From positions 20,177 through 84,176 of the forward strand of contig JBHLNS010000010.1 in assembly GCA_048941285.1 (NCBI GenBank): 64,000 nt of DNA. The letters run 5' to 3'. The notes under the pieces are model-generated. The model worked only from the letters and a program-made list of their open reading frames with translations, had not been told where the DNA came from and ran no database searches. The position numbers and the translations under genes were made by a program. This document shows, one piece after another, positions 17,444 through 27,447 of the stretch (its first letter is position 1; each line of letters opens with the position of its first letter). The stretch is from Promethearchaeota archaeon (lineage in GTDB: Archaea; Asgardarchaeota; Lokiarchaeia; Sigyniarchaeales; SOKP01).

Positions 17444-19474
17444 TTAATTAAAATTTTCTCTTTTCATAAATGAGGTCCATACATTTTCAAACCAACCGAA
17501 ATTACTTGGAATCTCTCTTATATCCTCCCAATCAATAATAATTTCTCCATTTTTCCATTGAAGGGTTTGGATTTTTTTTGATAAATCTAAATTATTATGA
17601 ATAAATTTATGCTCTTTAAGATAACCAGGAGGTACTATATACATTTCTGATAATGCGGATTTTAGATTTTCTCGTAAAATTAAGTAGGACCCTCTACTTC
17701 TTCCATATGTGATATGATAATTCAAAATAGCTTTTAAAAAGAATAAATGTGTAAGGAGAGCATTTTTAACATGGAAGTAATCGATTATTTCTGTGTTATT
17801 ATTTAATTTTATCAATTTAAGTATGTCTTTCAACTGATTCTCAACCTTTTTTACTTCAGGCTCAAGACCTTTTAAAGGGCGAGTAATGGTTGCGTATTTA
17901 GCCATTCTTTTTTGAATTTGGCCCAAAAGCTCGTTTGGAAATAGAAATTTCTCCTTGGAATTTTTAAAAATGGAAGAGATTTCTTTCTTAATATCAATAA
18001 TATCACTTCTTGCAATATTCTTAAATTGTTCATCATTTTTCAAAAGAATTCTATATTTAGAATGAGCTATTCTTTGGGCAACTCTTAAGCCCCCTACTTG
18101 CCCTGCATTTAATGCTGCCCCTCCAGGTCTATGAATGCCATGGTTTCCATTGATTTCACCTATGGCAAAGAGATTATTAACAGTACTTGACTCCCACCAA
18201 TTATCACATGATAATCCACCGTTGAGATGTTGATTGCATAAAGCTATTTCTAATGGTTCTGATGCAATATCAATTCCTTGATTGATATATACTTTTACTG
18301 CCTCTTTATTCAATTTATCTAGTCTCTCAATCGGAGATTCTCCTAGCGCATTAGATTTGATTAGGTAATCTTTTGCTATTGTGTGTAAATCCTCAAAATT
18401 AAAATTGTCTGGGTTTTTTGTATAATCTAAAAATACTCGTCTATTTAAGATTGTAGATTCGTGAAAAACTGCAAGATCAATTAAAGAAGAGCCAAAACCC
18501 TCTATTAAAGTCGAATTGAAAGGCCATTGATATCCTTTCAAAAAAATAGCTTTTGAAAGATCTGCAAAAGATGGAAAAACTTCGTTAAGAAATTCATTTT
18601 CATTACCATTATCCTCAATAGAAAAATATCTAGGAATTACTTGTTGATAGGACCCAGATAGATTCCATCGATATTTAGTGGATGCTAACCCGAATTGAGA
18701 TTCAGTTAAATTCTGTAATTTACACCCCGCTTGAATAGCTAAACTCATTGTACCTCTTTGAGATTTAGGGTAAACAGAATGTTTATATAAAATTGCTGGA
18801 CCCCCAGTTGCAAGGATGATGTTTCTCGCTTTAAAAATACTTAAAGAACCAAGAAAACCATCAATATTCTTTTCTTTAAATAATTTTTCAATATTAACAC
18901 AAATTAAACCAACAGCTTCAGGTTTTTCACTGTTGTCATTTATAACTGCTTTCAGAGCATAATGATTGTTATAAATCCTTATGTTTTTCTCTTGGACAGC
19001 TTTTAATAAACATTGTCCCATTTTTTGGGAAGTAAAAGGTCCTATTGAAGTAGCCCTTTGTCTTGGGTCGTTGTCTGTTTTGTATCCAACAAAACCTCCA
19101 AATTCATCGTAAGGAAAAGGAACACCAAGTTGGACTAAATGAAAAAATTCTCTTATAGAATTGGTTGCTTCAATTAAGGCAATATCTCCGTGCATAGCAC
19201 CTCCTGCACAGAGATCCTTTGCTAATTCGTAAGGGGAATCAGCTTGATCTCCATAAATAGACATTTTATAATAAGTTTGCTTATCAGATCCTGCATTAAA
19301 AGAAGTTCCTCCACCTAAATTCTCGGTTACAATAGCGATTTCATTTGAAGAAATACCTTCCAATACTAAATGAAGAGCACAATTTAATCCTGCAACTCCA
19401 GAGCCAACGATTATTGAATTATATTGTTTTATTTCAAATCGATCTATATCAAATTCTTCCATGATTATCCTCAT
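17444..19474 (-). CDS. FAD-dependent oxidoreductase (fumarate reductase/succinate dehydrogenase flavoprotein-like)
   Basis: N-terminal dinucleotide fold IVGSGVAGLNCALHL, and C-terminal FAIGEINGNHGIHRPGGAALNAGQVGG typical of the FAD_binding_2 family. Confidence 0.7.
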   Translation of the reverse strand: MRIIMEEFDIDRFEIKQYNSIIVGSGVAGLNCALHLVLEGISSNEIAIVTENLGGGTSFNAGSDKQTYYKMSIYGDQADSPYELAKDLCAGGAMHGDIALIEATNSIREFFHLVQLGVPFPYDEFGGFVGYKTDNDPRQRATSIGPFTSQKMGQCLLKAVQEKNIRIYNNHYALKAVINDNSEKPEAVGLICVNIEKLFKEKNIDGFLGSLSIFKARNIILATGGPAILYKHSVYPKSQRGTMSLAIQAGCKLQNLTESQFGLASTKYRWNLSGSYQQVIPRYFSIEDNGNENEFLNEVFPSFADLSKAIFLKGYQWPFNSTLIEGFGSSLIDLAVFHESTILNRRVFLDYTKNPDNFNFEDLHTIAKDYLIKSNALGESPIERLDKLNKEAVKVYINQGIDIASEPLEIALCNQHLNGGLSCDNWWESSTVNNLFAIGEINGNHGIHRPGGAALNAGQVGGLRVAQRIAHSKYRILLKNDEQFKNIARSDIIDIKKEISSIFKNSKEKFLFPNELLGQIQKRMAKYATITRPLKGLEPEVKKVENQLKDILKLIKLNNNTEIIDYFHVKNALLTHLFFLKAILNYHITYGRSRGSYLILRENLKSALSEMYIVPPGYLKEHKFIHNNLDLSKKIQTLQWKNGEIIIDWEDIREIPSNFGWFENVWTSFMKRENFN

Positions 19475-19478
19475 CTAA

Positions 19479-20279
19479 TTATAGGCGATGTATGTGAAAT
19501 CCGCCATCAATATCTAAAATTGTTCCCGTAGAAAAGGGAATTAAACCGCTTACAATTGCGATTATAGGTTTAGCAATATCAATGGGTTTACCCCATCTTT
19601 TAATTGGGGTAACGCCCTCGTTGATTAGTTTATTATAACTTTCAAATCTCGGTTTTGTTAAAGGGGTATCTATTATTCCTGGTGATATCTCAAATACGGG
19701 AATTTCATGTTCAGCTAATCTTACGGCAAAAAGTTTAGTCATCATGCTCATCCCTGCTTTTGAAATACAGTACTCCCCTCTGTTAAGTGAAGCTGTATAT
19801 CTATTTATAGAAGAAATATTAATGATATATGGTTGATAATCGTCTTTTATGGTTTGCTTTAGCTCAATCATCCATTTAGCAATAGCTTGAGTTAAGAAGA
19901 AGGGACCTTTAAGATTGATTCCCATTACTCTATCATAGGATTCTTCTGTCATTTCTAACATTTCTCCTCGTTTAATAGGACCAACGCCTGCGTTGTTCAC
20001 TAGGACATCTATTCGATTGAATTTCTTCTTAATTTCTTCTATTATTTTTTGTCGATCTTCTCTTTTTCCCACATTTGCTTGAATGTAAACATATTTATCT
20101 TTTAAATCCTCATTATAGATTTCTCTTAATCTTTTTGTATAGTCAGCCGAAAGCACCTTAGTTAAAGCACCATTAATAGCAACTGAAAAGCCAATTTTGG
20201 CTAGTTCCAAGATAATTTGTTCACCTATACCATGACTACTTCCAGTCACTAATGCTACTTTTTTATTTTCACGGCTCAT
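19479..20279 (-). CDS. SDR family oxidoreductase (3-oxoacyl-ACP-reductase-like)
   Basis: TGSSHGIGEQI, NNAG, YCISK; 4-nt gap to the downstream FAD gene. Confidence 0.85.
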   Translation of the reverse strand: MSRENKKVALVTGSSHGIGEQIILELAKIGFSVAINGALTKVLSADYTKRLREIYNEDLKDKYVYIQANVGKREDRQKIIEEIKKKFNRIDVLVNNAGVGPIKRGEMLEMTEESYDRVMGINLKGPFFLTQAIAKWMIELKQTIKDDYQPYIINISSINRYTASLNRGEYCISKAGMSMMTKLFAVRLAEHEIPVFEISPGIIDTPLTKPRFESYNKLINEGVTPIKRWGKPIDIAKPIIAIVSGLIPFSTGTILDIDGGFHIHRL

Positions 20280-20420
20280 AAAATACTATTTATTTGATTT
20301 TATTAAAAATATTATCAAATAGATCTCGTAAATCTAAATTTAAAAGAATAAATATAACATCATCTCTATCTAACAATAACACTTTAATTGAATAAAATAA
20401 AAATTATAAAATGATTCAGA

Positions 20421-22127
20421 ATGAGAAGATTTGCTAGTATTGATTTCTTGCGTGGTATCGCTATTGTATTGATGATATTTTTGCATGTCATTACACATGT
20501 TTTAGATGTTTCTGGAATGCTCGCTCAAATAAATAATATTCCTATGGTAAATATTGTAGCATTTGTTATGTTACCCTTCTTGGGAGGTTTGGCAGGCTTT
20601 TTCCTAATGGTATCAGCGATAGGTAATATGATTAGCATGTACAGACACCTGCAAGCAGGGAGAAGTGTGAAGGATTTAATCATTCGGCAAATTATGGGAG
20701 GTGTTCTATTACTGATTTTTGCTTGGATTTCGGAGAGCATACTTGGAATTCACGGTGTAATCCCAAATCTAATGAGATCTTTAGATGATTTATCCACATG
20801 GAATTGGCAGGTTATTCTTTACCGTGGTTATCATTTTGAAACTATCCATACAATTGCGTGGTGTATTATCCTTAACGGAATAGTCCAAGGCATTCTTTCT
20901 AGAAAAAATGGATGGAAAAATCCTAAAAAGCTTGTTAAAATATATTTAATATTAATTGTAGCAATTGTAGCCATAACTCCTCTCATGTGGTGGTTGGTGG
21001 ATTTGGCGATCCCCGGATATCCATGGGCTAATGATCCAGCTACAGGAGTGGATGTTCAATATCCTTATCTAGGGATTTCAGAATGGTGGAAATTTATAAC
21101 TCATTTCTTTTTTACTGCTATAGCAGGGAAAGAGGAACCATTATTTCCTTATCTCGCAGTATCCTTTATGGGAAGTATCATTGGTGTTATTTTAGCTCAA
21201 CCTAGAGAAGAAGTTCGAGAAAAATGGTTAAGTTTTCCAAAGAGAACAATGAAGATTGGTTTTATTATGTTTGTTATAGGCTCTATTGGTCTTGCTATAA
21301 ATCTAGTTCTTTTAATGATAGAAGTGAATATAGATGCTGCGTTGAATCTTTATATTGGACTTCCATTCCATCGAAACTGGGTTCCCGAAAATCCAGATAT
21401 CCCTAGTTCGGTATTACCCGTTTTAGGGTGGTTATTCCAATTTTTAAGTCTAAATGGAGCTGCTATTTGTCTCATAATGGTAGTAGTTCGTGTAGTCGAA
21501 TTTCGAGGACGTGGTAAAAAATTTGCTGATAAAACTCGTTTTTTCCGCCGATTTGGATTTGTTGCTTTCACTATGTATAATATTCAGTGGCTATATTTGT
21601 TCATCTGGTTTTTAGTTTCAGCATTAATATATAATCAACCATACTTACCACTTGATTGGGTTGGTACATTTCTAGTAATGGCTATAACATTTTTAATCTT
21701 TCAGGGTATATTGCTACTTTGGGAGAAAGCGAAGTATACTGGAAGCTTAGAATGGACAATGGGCACTATTGCGGCTCAGATCATTCCAACGAGGAAAGTA
21801 GAAGGTAAATGGTGGAGATCTGGACAATTAAATGTTGAAGATGCTTTTTATAATGCTGAATGGTTAAATATCATAGAGGAAAATGAGATAGCGCATGATT
21901 TGCAAAGAGATTCAAAATTTGCTTATAAAATGTCATTTTTTGGATTTCTTTTCTTCCCAATATCATTTATTACATTTATAATCGCACGAGGATCTGTACG
22001 TACTGAACAAAAAAATAAATATAATAAGTGGGGAAAAATTGTTTCATTAATAGGCATTATCTTTTTCTTAACATGGCTAGTTATTTCAATAATTTTCAGT
22101 TTATCGGATCTTGGAATATCTCTCTAG
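20421..22127 (+). CDS. HGSNAT/DUF1624-like transmembrane acyltransferase
   Basis: N-terminal RFASIDFLRGIAIVLMIFLH (R..S[IL]D..RG......H signature) followed by many TM helices. Confidence 0.6.
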   Translation: MRRFASIDFLRGIAIVLMIFLHVITHVLDVSGMLAQINNIPMVNIVAFVMLPFLGGLAGFFLMVSAIGNMISMYRHLQAGRSVKDLIIRQIMGGVLLLIFAWISESILGIHGVIPNLMRSLDDLSTWNWQVILYRGYHFETIHTIAWCIILNGIVQGILSRKNGWKNPKKLVKIYLILIVAIVAITPLMWWLVDLAIPGYPWANDPATGVDVQYPYLGISEWWKFITHFFFTAIAGKEEPLFPYLAVSFMGSIIGVILAQPREEVREKWLSFPKRTMKIGFIMFVIGSIGLAINLVLLMIEVNIDAALNLYIGLPFHRNWVPENPDIPSSVLPVLGWLFQFLSLNGAAICLIMVVVRVVEFRGRGKKFADKTRFFRRFGFVAFTMYNIQWLYLFIWFLVSALIYNQPYLPLDWVGTFLVMAITFLIFQGILLLWEKAKYTGSLEWTMGTIAAQIIPTRKVEGKWWRSGQLNVEDAFYNAEWLNIIEENEIAHDLQRDSKFAYKMSFFGFLFFPISFITFIIARGSVRTEQKNKYNKWGKIVSLIGIIFFLTWLVISIIFSLSDLGISL

Positions 22128-22161
22128 ATACCTAAAAGAGTAAAATTTACTTTAAATCCAA

Positions 22162-22171
22162 TTTTTTTTTT
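22162..22171 (+). terminator. oligo-T tract (T10) after the acyltransferase gene
   Basis: T10 lies 35 nt after the stop at 22127. Confidence 0.35.
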
Positions 22172-22211
22172 ATTAAATTTAAAATTACCATTTTAATTAG
22201 GGGTTTTTTGA

Positions 22212-24248
22212 ATGAATCATATTAAGAAAAATATGAGTGAAACAGAGATTGAAGTTTATGTAAGAAGTGTTCTTAATAGAATGACTTTAGAACAAAAAGT
22301 TCAACAAATGACTGGGAATGGATTATATCTTAAGGTGTTAAAAGATGGAGGATTTGGTAAGCGGGTATATGATGCAGCTGGTTCAGATGAATTTAATATT
22401 CCTCCCTTTAAATTTACTGATGGTCCTCGCGGAGTAATAATACCAGATTCTACATGTTTTCCCGTTTCAATGGCTCGTGGAGCATCCTGGGATATAGAAT
22501 TAGAACAACGAATTGGTGATGTGATCGGAAAAGAAGTTCGTGCACATGGAGGTAATCTTTTTGGAGGTGTTTGCATTAATAATTTACGACACCCCTCTTG
22601 GGGCAGAGCTCAAGAAACTTATGGTGAAGATTCTTATCTAATAGGAGAATTTGGTGCTGCATTAACTCGTGGGGTACAAAAACACAATGTCATGGCAACT
22701 GCAAAACATTTTGCAGCAAACAGTATTGAAAATGCACGTTTTAAGGTCAATGTGAAAATGGACGAACGAACACTACGTGAGGTATATTTACCACATTTTA
22801 AAAGATGTGTAGAGGAGGGATGTGCAACAATAATGAGTGCTTATAACAAAGTTCGAGGAAAATATTGTGGTCATAACAATTATCTGTTACGTGAAATTTT
22901 AAAAAAAGAATGGAATTTTGATGGATTTGTACATTCTGATTGGATTTACGGTTTAAAAAATACTGTAGGCGGAATTACAGGTGGTTTAGATGTTGAAATG
23001 CCTCGAAAAAAATACTATAGACTTCGGAGAATACAAAATTTTCTCCAAAAAGGCAAAATATCAGAAGATATGATTGATGAAGCTGCTCGAAGAGTCATGA
23101 AAACAATCCTTCGTTATACTACCAAAGAAGATCCCCAAATATATGAACAAGATTTAATCGGATGTGAAGAGCATCTTAATGTAGCATTAGAAGCTGCAGA
23201 AAAGAGTATGGTACTCTTAAAAAATGAAAATAATATTCTACCCTTGAAAAAAGCTAAATTAAACAAATTAGGAATCTTTGGAAGATTAGCCAGATTAAGA
23301 AATACAGGTGACCATGGCAGTAGTAATGTAAATAACAAAAAAATTATTACTCCTTTAAAAGGTATAAAAAATTATTTGGGAGATTCCATTGAACTGCTTT
23401 ACAATGATGGACAAGATGAAGATAGTGTGAGAAAAATGGCTAAGGAGGTGGATATTGCTATTATAGTTGTTGGATTAACCTATAAGGATGAGGGAGAATA
23501 TATTCGTGAATTCAGAACTGGCGGAGATCGAGAGAATTTATCATTAAATGATAAGCATATCAAATTGATAGAGAATGTTGCATCTCAAAATGCAAAATCT
23601 ATTGTTATTTTAGTTGGAGGGAGTGCTATTACTATGGAAGAATGGAAAAATAAAGTTCCAGCAATACTAATGGCATGGTATTCAGGCATGGAGGGAGGGA
23701 AAGCTTTAGCAAGAATTATTTTTGGTGAGGTTAACCCAGGTGGAAAACTTCCCTTTACTATTCCTAAAGATCCAAACGATTTACCATTTTTTGATAAGAA
23801 CGCTGATGAAATTGAATATGGGTATTATCATGGATATACTCTTTTTGACAAAACAGGATTGGAACCAGCATTTCCTTTTGGTTTTGGATTAAGCTATACC
23901 GCTTTTGAATATAGTAATTTAAACGTTGATGTTAAAAATGATTCTATTCTTGCTTCTGTAGAAGTTAAAAATACCGGAAAGATAACTGGAGATGAGGTAG
24001 TTCAATTATACATAGGATTTGAAAATTCTAACATTGATCGTCCAGTAAAATTATTAAAAGGCTTTTCGCGAGTTCACATAAAACCAAATGAAGTTAAAGA
24101 TGTAAATATTGAAGTTCACATAAAGAATCTTGCATGGTATAATCCAACTTCTAAAACTTGGGAGATTGAAAAAATACAATATACACTTTATGTAGGTCCA
24201 TCATCTAAAGAAGATGAACTGTTATCTGTTCAATTTAAATTGAACTAA
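22212..24248 (+). CDS. glycoside hydrolase family 3 (beta-glucosidase / beta-hexosaminidase-type)
   Basis: KHFAANSIE, nucleophile motif GFVHSDW, and a C-terminal Fn3-like region (GKITGDEVVQLYI); no signal peptide, so probably cytoplasmic. Confidence 0.9.
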   Translation: MNHIKKNMSETEIEVYVRSVLNRMTLEQKVQQMTGNGLYLKVLKDGGFGKRVYDAAGSDEFNIPPFKFTDGPRGVIIPDSTCFPVSMARGASWDIELEQRIGDVIGKEVRAHGGNLFGGVCINNLRHPSWGRAQETYGEDSYLIGEFGAALTRGVQKHNVMATAKHFAANSIENARFKVNVKMDERTLREVYLPHFKRCVEEGCATIMSAYNKVRGKYCGHNNYLLREILKKEWNFDGFVHSDWIYGLKNTVGGITGGLDVEMPRKKYYRLRRIQNFLQKGKISEDMIDEAARRVMKTILRYTTKEDPQIYEQDLIGCEEHLNVALEAAEKSMVLLKNENNILPLKKAKLNKLGIFGRLARLRNTGDHGSSNVNNKKIITPLKGIKNYLGDSIELLYNDGQDEDSVRKMAKEVDIAIIVVGLTYKDEGEYIREFRTGGDRENLSLNDKHIKLIENVASQNAKSIVILVGGSAITMEEWKNKVPAILMAWYSGMEGGKALARIIFGEVNPGGKLPFTIPKDPNDLPFFDKNADEIEYGYYHGYTLFDKTGLEPAFPFGFGLSYTAFEYSNLNVDVKNDSILASVEVKNTGKITGDEVVQLYIGFENSNIDRPVKLLKGFSRVHIKPNEVKDVNIEVHIKNLAWYNPTSKTWEIEKIQYTLYVGPSSKEDELLSVQFKLN

Positions 24249-24264
24249 ATATGAAAAATTTTAA

Positions 24265-25284
24265 TCAAAATTTTTCAATATTTTCTTTTTTCCCAGTTTC
24301 AGAAGATTTATATAAAGCAGATATTAAACTTAGAACTTTAGAGCTTTCTTCTATTGTATTGAAATAAGGTTTATCGTGAAGTACCCATTCCCCAAATGCT
24401 TTTACTGATCGCCCAAAATGAGAAAACCCTTTTATTTCTTTTTTGGTTTTGAATTTTTTGACCCCTTTCCAAGTTAAAGATGATTTTGGCCAAGGACCTT
24501 TATAGAAACATCTTCCTTTTTTACCAAAAACTTCCAATTCAACCTTTTCTTTAAATATTCCGTAAGGGGGGTTAATAAATGTTGAATCATTAATTTGGGC
24601 ATAGATTCCGTTTTCAAATTCAATAATTCCTAAACCAAAATCTTCTACTTCGATATTCTTGAATCTGAGATTATCAGTCTTTCCCATTATTGTTTTTGGT
24701 GCGCCAAAAGCCCATATCATAATATCAAGTATATGTGAACCATGAATTAAAAGAGTTCCCCCTCCTGCAGTCTCTTTTTTAGTCCGCCAGGGACCTTTTT
24801 CAAAATATGTTTCATTTCTACTGAAGTATACATTACAATTAGCGTAATATACTTCACCTAAATGATTATTCTGTAAAGCATTAACCAAACGATAGCAATT
24901 ATGGTCATATCGATAATTATAATTAAAACCTAACTTCAAATCTTGGTATTGATTATCTAAATTCTGTATCTCCCGAGCGTCGCCTAATGATATAGAAACA
25001 GGTTTTTCACAGAGAACATGCTTTCCATTTTCAAAAGCTTGTTTTATCATTGGTTTATGAAGGTGATGAGGTGTGGCAATATATACAGCATCAAAATCCT
25101 CATTCTCATACATCTCCTCAGGATCTGTACAAGCATATCCTCCAATTTTAATAGCTTTATTTATATCTAAATCAACGGCTGCAACAATTTTTGTATTTTT
25201 TATTATTTTTGTTACAAGTTTATACATCTTAGTTATCCCACCACAGCCGATAACCCCAACTTGCAATAGATTTTTATTAGTCAT
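24265..25284 (-). CDS. Gfo/Idh/MocA family oxidoreductase
   Basis: N-terminal Rossmann VGVIGCGGI and the conserved EKP motif (HVLCEKPVS). Confidence 0.85.
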   Translation of the reverse strand: MTNKNLLQVGVIGCGGITKMYKLVTKIIKNTKIVAAVDLDINKAIKIGGYACTDPEEMYENEDFDAVYIATPHHLHKPMIKQAFENGKHVLCEKPVSISLGDAREIQNLDNQYQDLKLGFNYNYRYDHNCYRLVNALQNNHLGEVYYANCNVYFSRNETYFEKGPWRTKKETAGGGTLLIHGSHILDIMIWAFGAPKTIMGKTDNLRFKNIEVEDFGLGIIEFENGIYAQINDSTFINPPYGIFKEKVELEVFGKKGRCFYKGPWPKSSLTWKGVKKFKTKKEIKGFSHFGRSVKAFGEWVLHDKPYFNTIEESSKVLSLISALYKSSETGKKENIEKF

Positions 25285-25302
25285 TGTGCTCCACCATTAT
25301 TG

Positions 25303-25935
25303 CTATTCTTTTAGAACCCATCTAACCATATCTCTTATAAGTGTACGATAGATCTTATTCTTTAAAGATTTTGCTTGATGTCCTAATGCACAAAAAGCAA
25401 CTCTTCCCTCTCCATACGTCTTAACCCAGATTATAGGTTCAGGATTAGGATCTTTCTCATCATGATAATATCCTTCTGCTAATACTTTCATATCACCTTT
25501 CATAGAGAAATCGTGTCTATATGGTTCATCAAAGAAAGTAAAGTCTTCTAGATTAGCAATTATTGGATGAGATTTATCAAGTATTTTGATATCTATGTTG
25601 GTTTTCTTTTTATGCTTTAAAAATCTCCCTCCAATCATTTCATAATATTTAGGATGCTTCTTAAAAGAAGCTGAGGCTCCATGTAATCCAACAAATCCTT
25701 TTCCACCAGCAATAAAATCCAGTAAATTTTTTTCTTGCTTTTCAGTAAATTCACCAAATTGAGTAAAAAAGACAGTTGTGTCATAATCAAAGAAGTCTCT
25801 ATTATTGAAGATTTCTACATCTTCGTAAATATCAACAATATAATCATTTAAAACTTCCTTAAAATAAGAGGAGGTTTTTTTCTTCTTAAAATGCCTACCC
25901 CTTTGACATATCAAAATTTTCTTTTTCACAGCCAT
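25303..25935 (-). CDS. ThuA-domain protein (trehalose-utilisation-like)
   Basis: GGKGFVGLHGASASF, IGGRFLKH, GRVAFCALGH; 18 nt upstream of the Gfo/Idh/MocA gene. Confidence 0.75.
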   Translation of the reverse strand: MAVKKKILICQRGRHFKKKKTSSYFKEVLNDYIVDIYEDVEIFNNRDFFDYDTTVFFTQFGEFTEKQEKNLLDFIAGGKGFVGLHGASASFKKHPKYYEMIGGRFLKHKKKTNIDIKILDKSHPIIANLEDFTFFDEPYRHDFSMKGDMKVLAEGYYHDEKDPNPEPIIWVKTYGEGRVAFCALGHQAKSLKNKIYRTLIRDMVRWVLKE

Positions 25936-25994
25936 AAACCATCATAAAAAAAAAATGAAAAGTTCTTTATTAAGGGATCTCTAGTTATAATGTA

Positions 25995-27368
25995 ATGAGT
26001 CTAAATCCTTCCCTCTCCCAATTTGAAACATTTGCTTATAAAACGTTAAATGAATTAGAAATAAATATTAAAAAATTGGGATTGGATATTCCAATATATC
26101 CAAGAGTAGAAATTCTACAACAAAGAGTACATGTTCATAATTTATTTTTACCTAACAGATTAGCAATTCAACCAATGGAAGGATTCGATGCTAATTCTGA
26201 TGGATCTCCTGGAAAATTAACTTATAGACGATATGAAAGATATGCAAAGGGTGGGGCTGGTTTAATTTGGTTCGAGGCTACAGCAATTAACTATGATTGT
26301 CGATCAAATCCTCATCAATTAGTCTTATCAGAAGAAAATTGTGAAAAGTTTGAAAAATTTGTTTCATTTACAAGAGAGGTTTCTAATAAAGCTCTTAAAG
26401 AGTTAGGTTTTGTGAATAAAAGTATATTAATTCTCCAATTAAACCATTCTGGAAGATATTGTGTAAGGGATGGTAGGAATTATCCTTTAAGAGGTTATCA
26501 TAATCCTGATTTAGATAAAGCTAAAAAACTCTCAAAATTGGAAGGTACTATTTTATCGGATAAGGAATTAAAAGAATTAGAGGATGTTTGGGTTCAGAAA
26601 GCGATTTTGGCAAAAAAGGTCGGTTTTGATGGGGTAGACATTAAATCTTGTCATGGTTATTTAATTCATGAATTACTTAGTTCAAGACTTCGAGAAGACT
26701 CTAAATATGGTGGGAAATCTCTAGAAGGTAGGTCAAAATTTCTTCTAAATATCATAAAAAAATTAAATAATAAACTCAAAAATGAGAGAAATTTTATAAT
26801 TACAACTCGAATGAGCGTTTACGATGGAATTCCTTTCCCTAATGGTTTTGGAGTTAAAATGGATGAAACTGAGAGTTTTCCCGCTTCAATAGACCTTTCT
26901 GAGCCTTTAGAGGTTATTAATAAGCTCTATAAACAAGGTTTAAGGTTAATAAATATATCAGCGGGAAATCCTCATTATAAACCTCAAATCACTCGCCCGT
27001 TTGATAAACCAATAAAAGGAGGGCTTTTACCGAATGAACATCCTTTATATGGTGTAAATAGGCTTTTAAACTTGGCAACCTTAATTAAAAATCATCTACC
27101 AGATGACATGATAGTTGTGGGATCTGGTTATTCCTATTTACGCCAATTTGCAGGATACGTTGCAGCGGGTATGGCACATGAAAAGCGAGTAGATATTTGC
27201 GCATTTGGAAGGATGGCATTAGCAAATCCTAATTTTCCAAAACAAATTTTTCAAGAGGGAAAAATGGATAAAAAACAGGTATGTATCACCTGTTCAAAAT
27301 GTTCTGAATTGATGAAACTAGGCCAAAATGTAGGATGTGCTACTAGAGATCCTGAATATCAGAAGTAA
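25995..27368 (+). CDS. Old Yellow Enzyme-type NADH:flavin oxidoreductase with a C-terminal Fe-S motif
   Basis: LPNRLAIQPMEG, CHGYLIHELLSSRLR; the C-terminus reads CITCSKCSELMKLGQNVGC (CxxCxxCx11C). Confidence 0.8.
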   Translation: MSLNPSLSQFETFAYKTLNELEINIKKLGLDIPIYPRVEILQQRVHVHNLFLPNRLAIQPMEGFDANSDGSPGKLTYRRYERYAKGGAGLIWFEATAINYDCRSNPHQLVLSEENCEKFEKFVSFTREVSNKALKELGFVNKSILILQLNHSGRYCVRDGRNYPLRGYHNPDLDKAKKLSKLEGTILSDKELKELEDVWVQKAILAKKVGFDGVDIKSCHGYLIHELLSSRLREDSKYGGKSLEGRSKFLLNIIKKLNNKLKNERNFIITTRMSVYDGIPFPNGFGVKMDETESFPASIDLSEPLEVINKLYKQGLRLINISAGNPHYKPQITRPFDKPIKGGLLPNEHPLYGVNRLLNLATLIKNHLPDDMIVVGSGYSYLRQFAGYVAAGMAHEKRVDICAFGRMALANPNFPKQIFQEGKMDKKQVCITCSKCSELMKLGQNVGCATRDPEYQK

Positions 27369-27447
27369 AAATTAATAGAGAAACTTATTTTAATCATTAG
27401 ATTGAATTTATAATATTAGAAAATTAAAAATCTCTGTTCTTGATATA

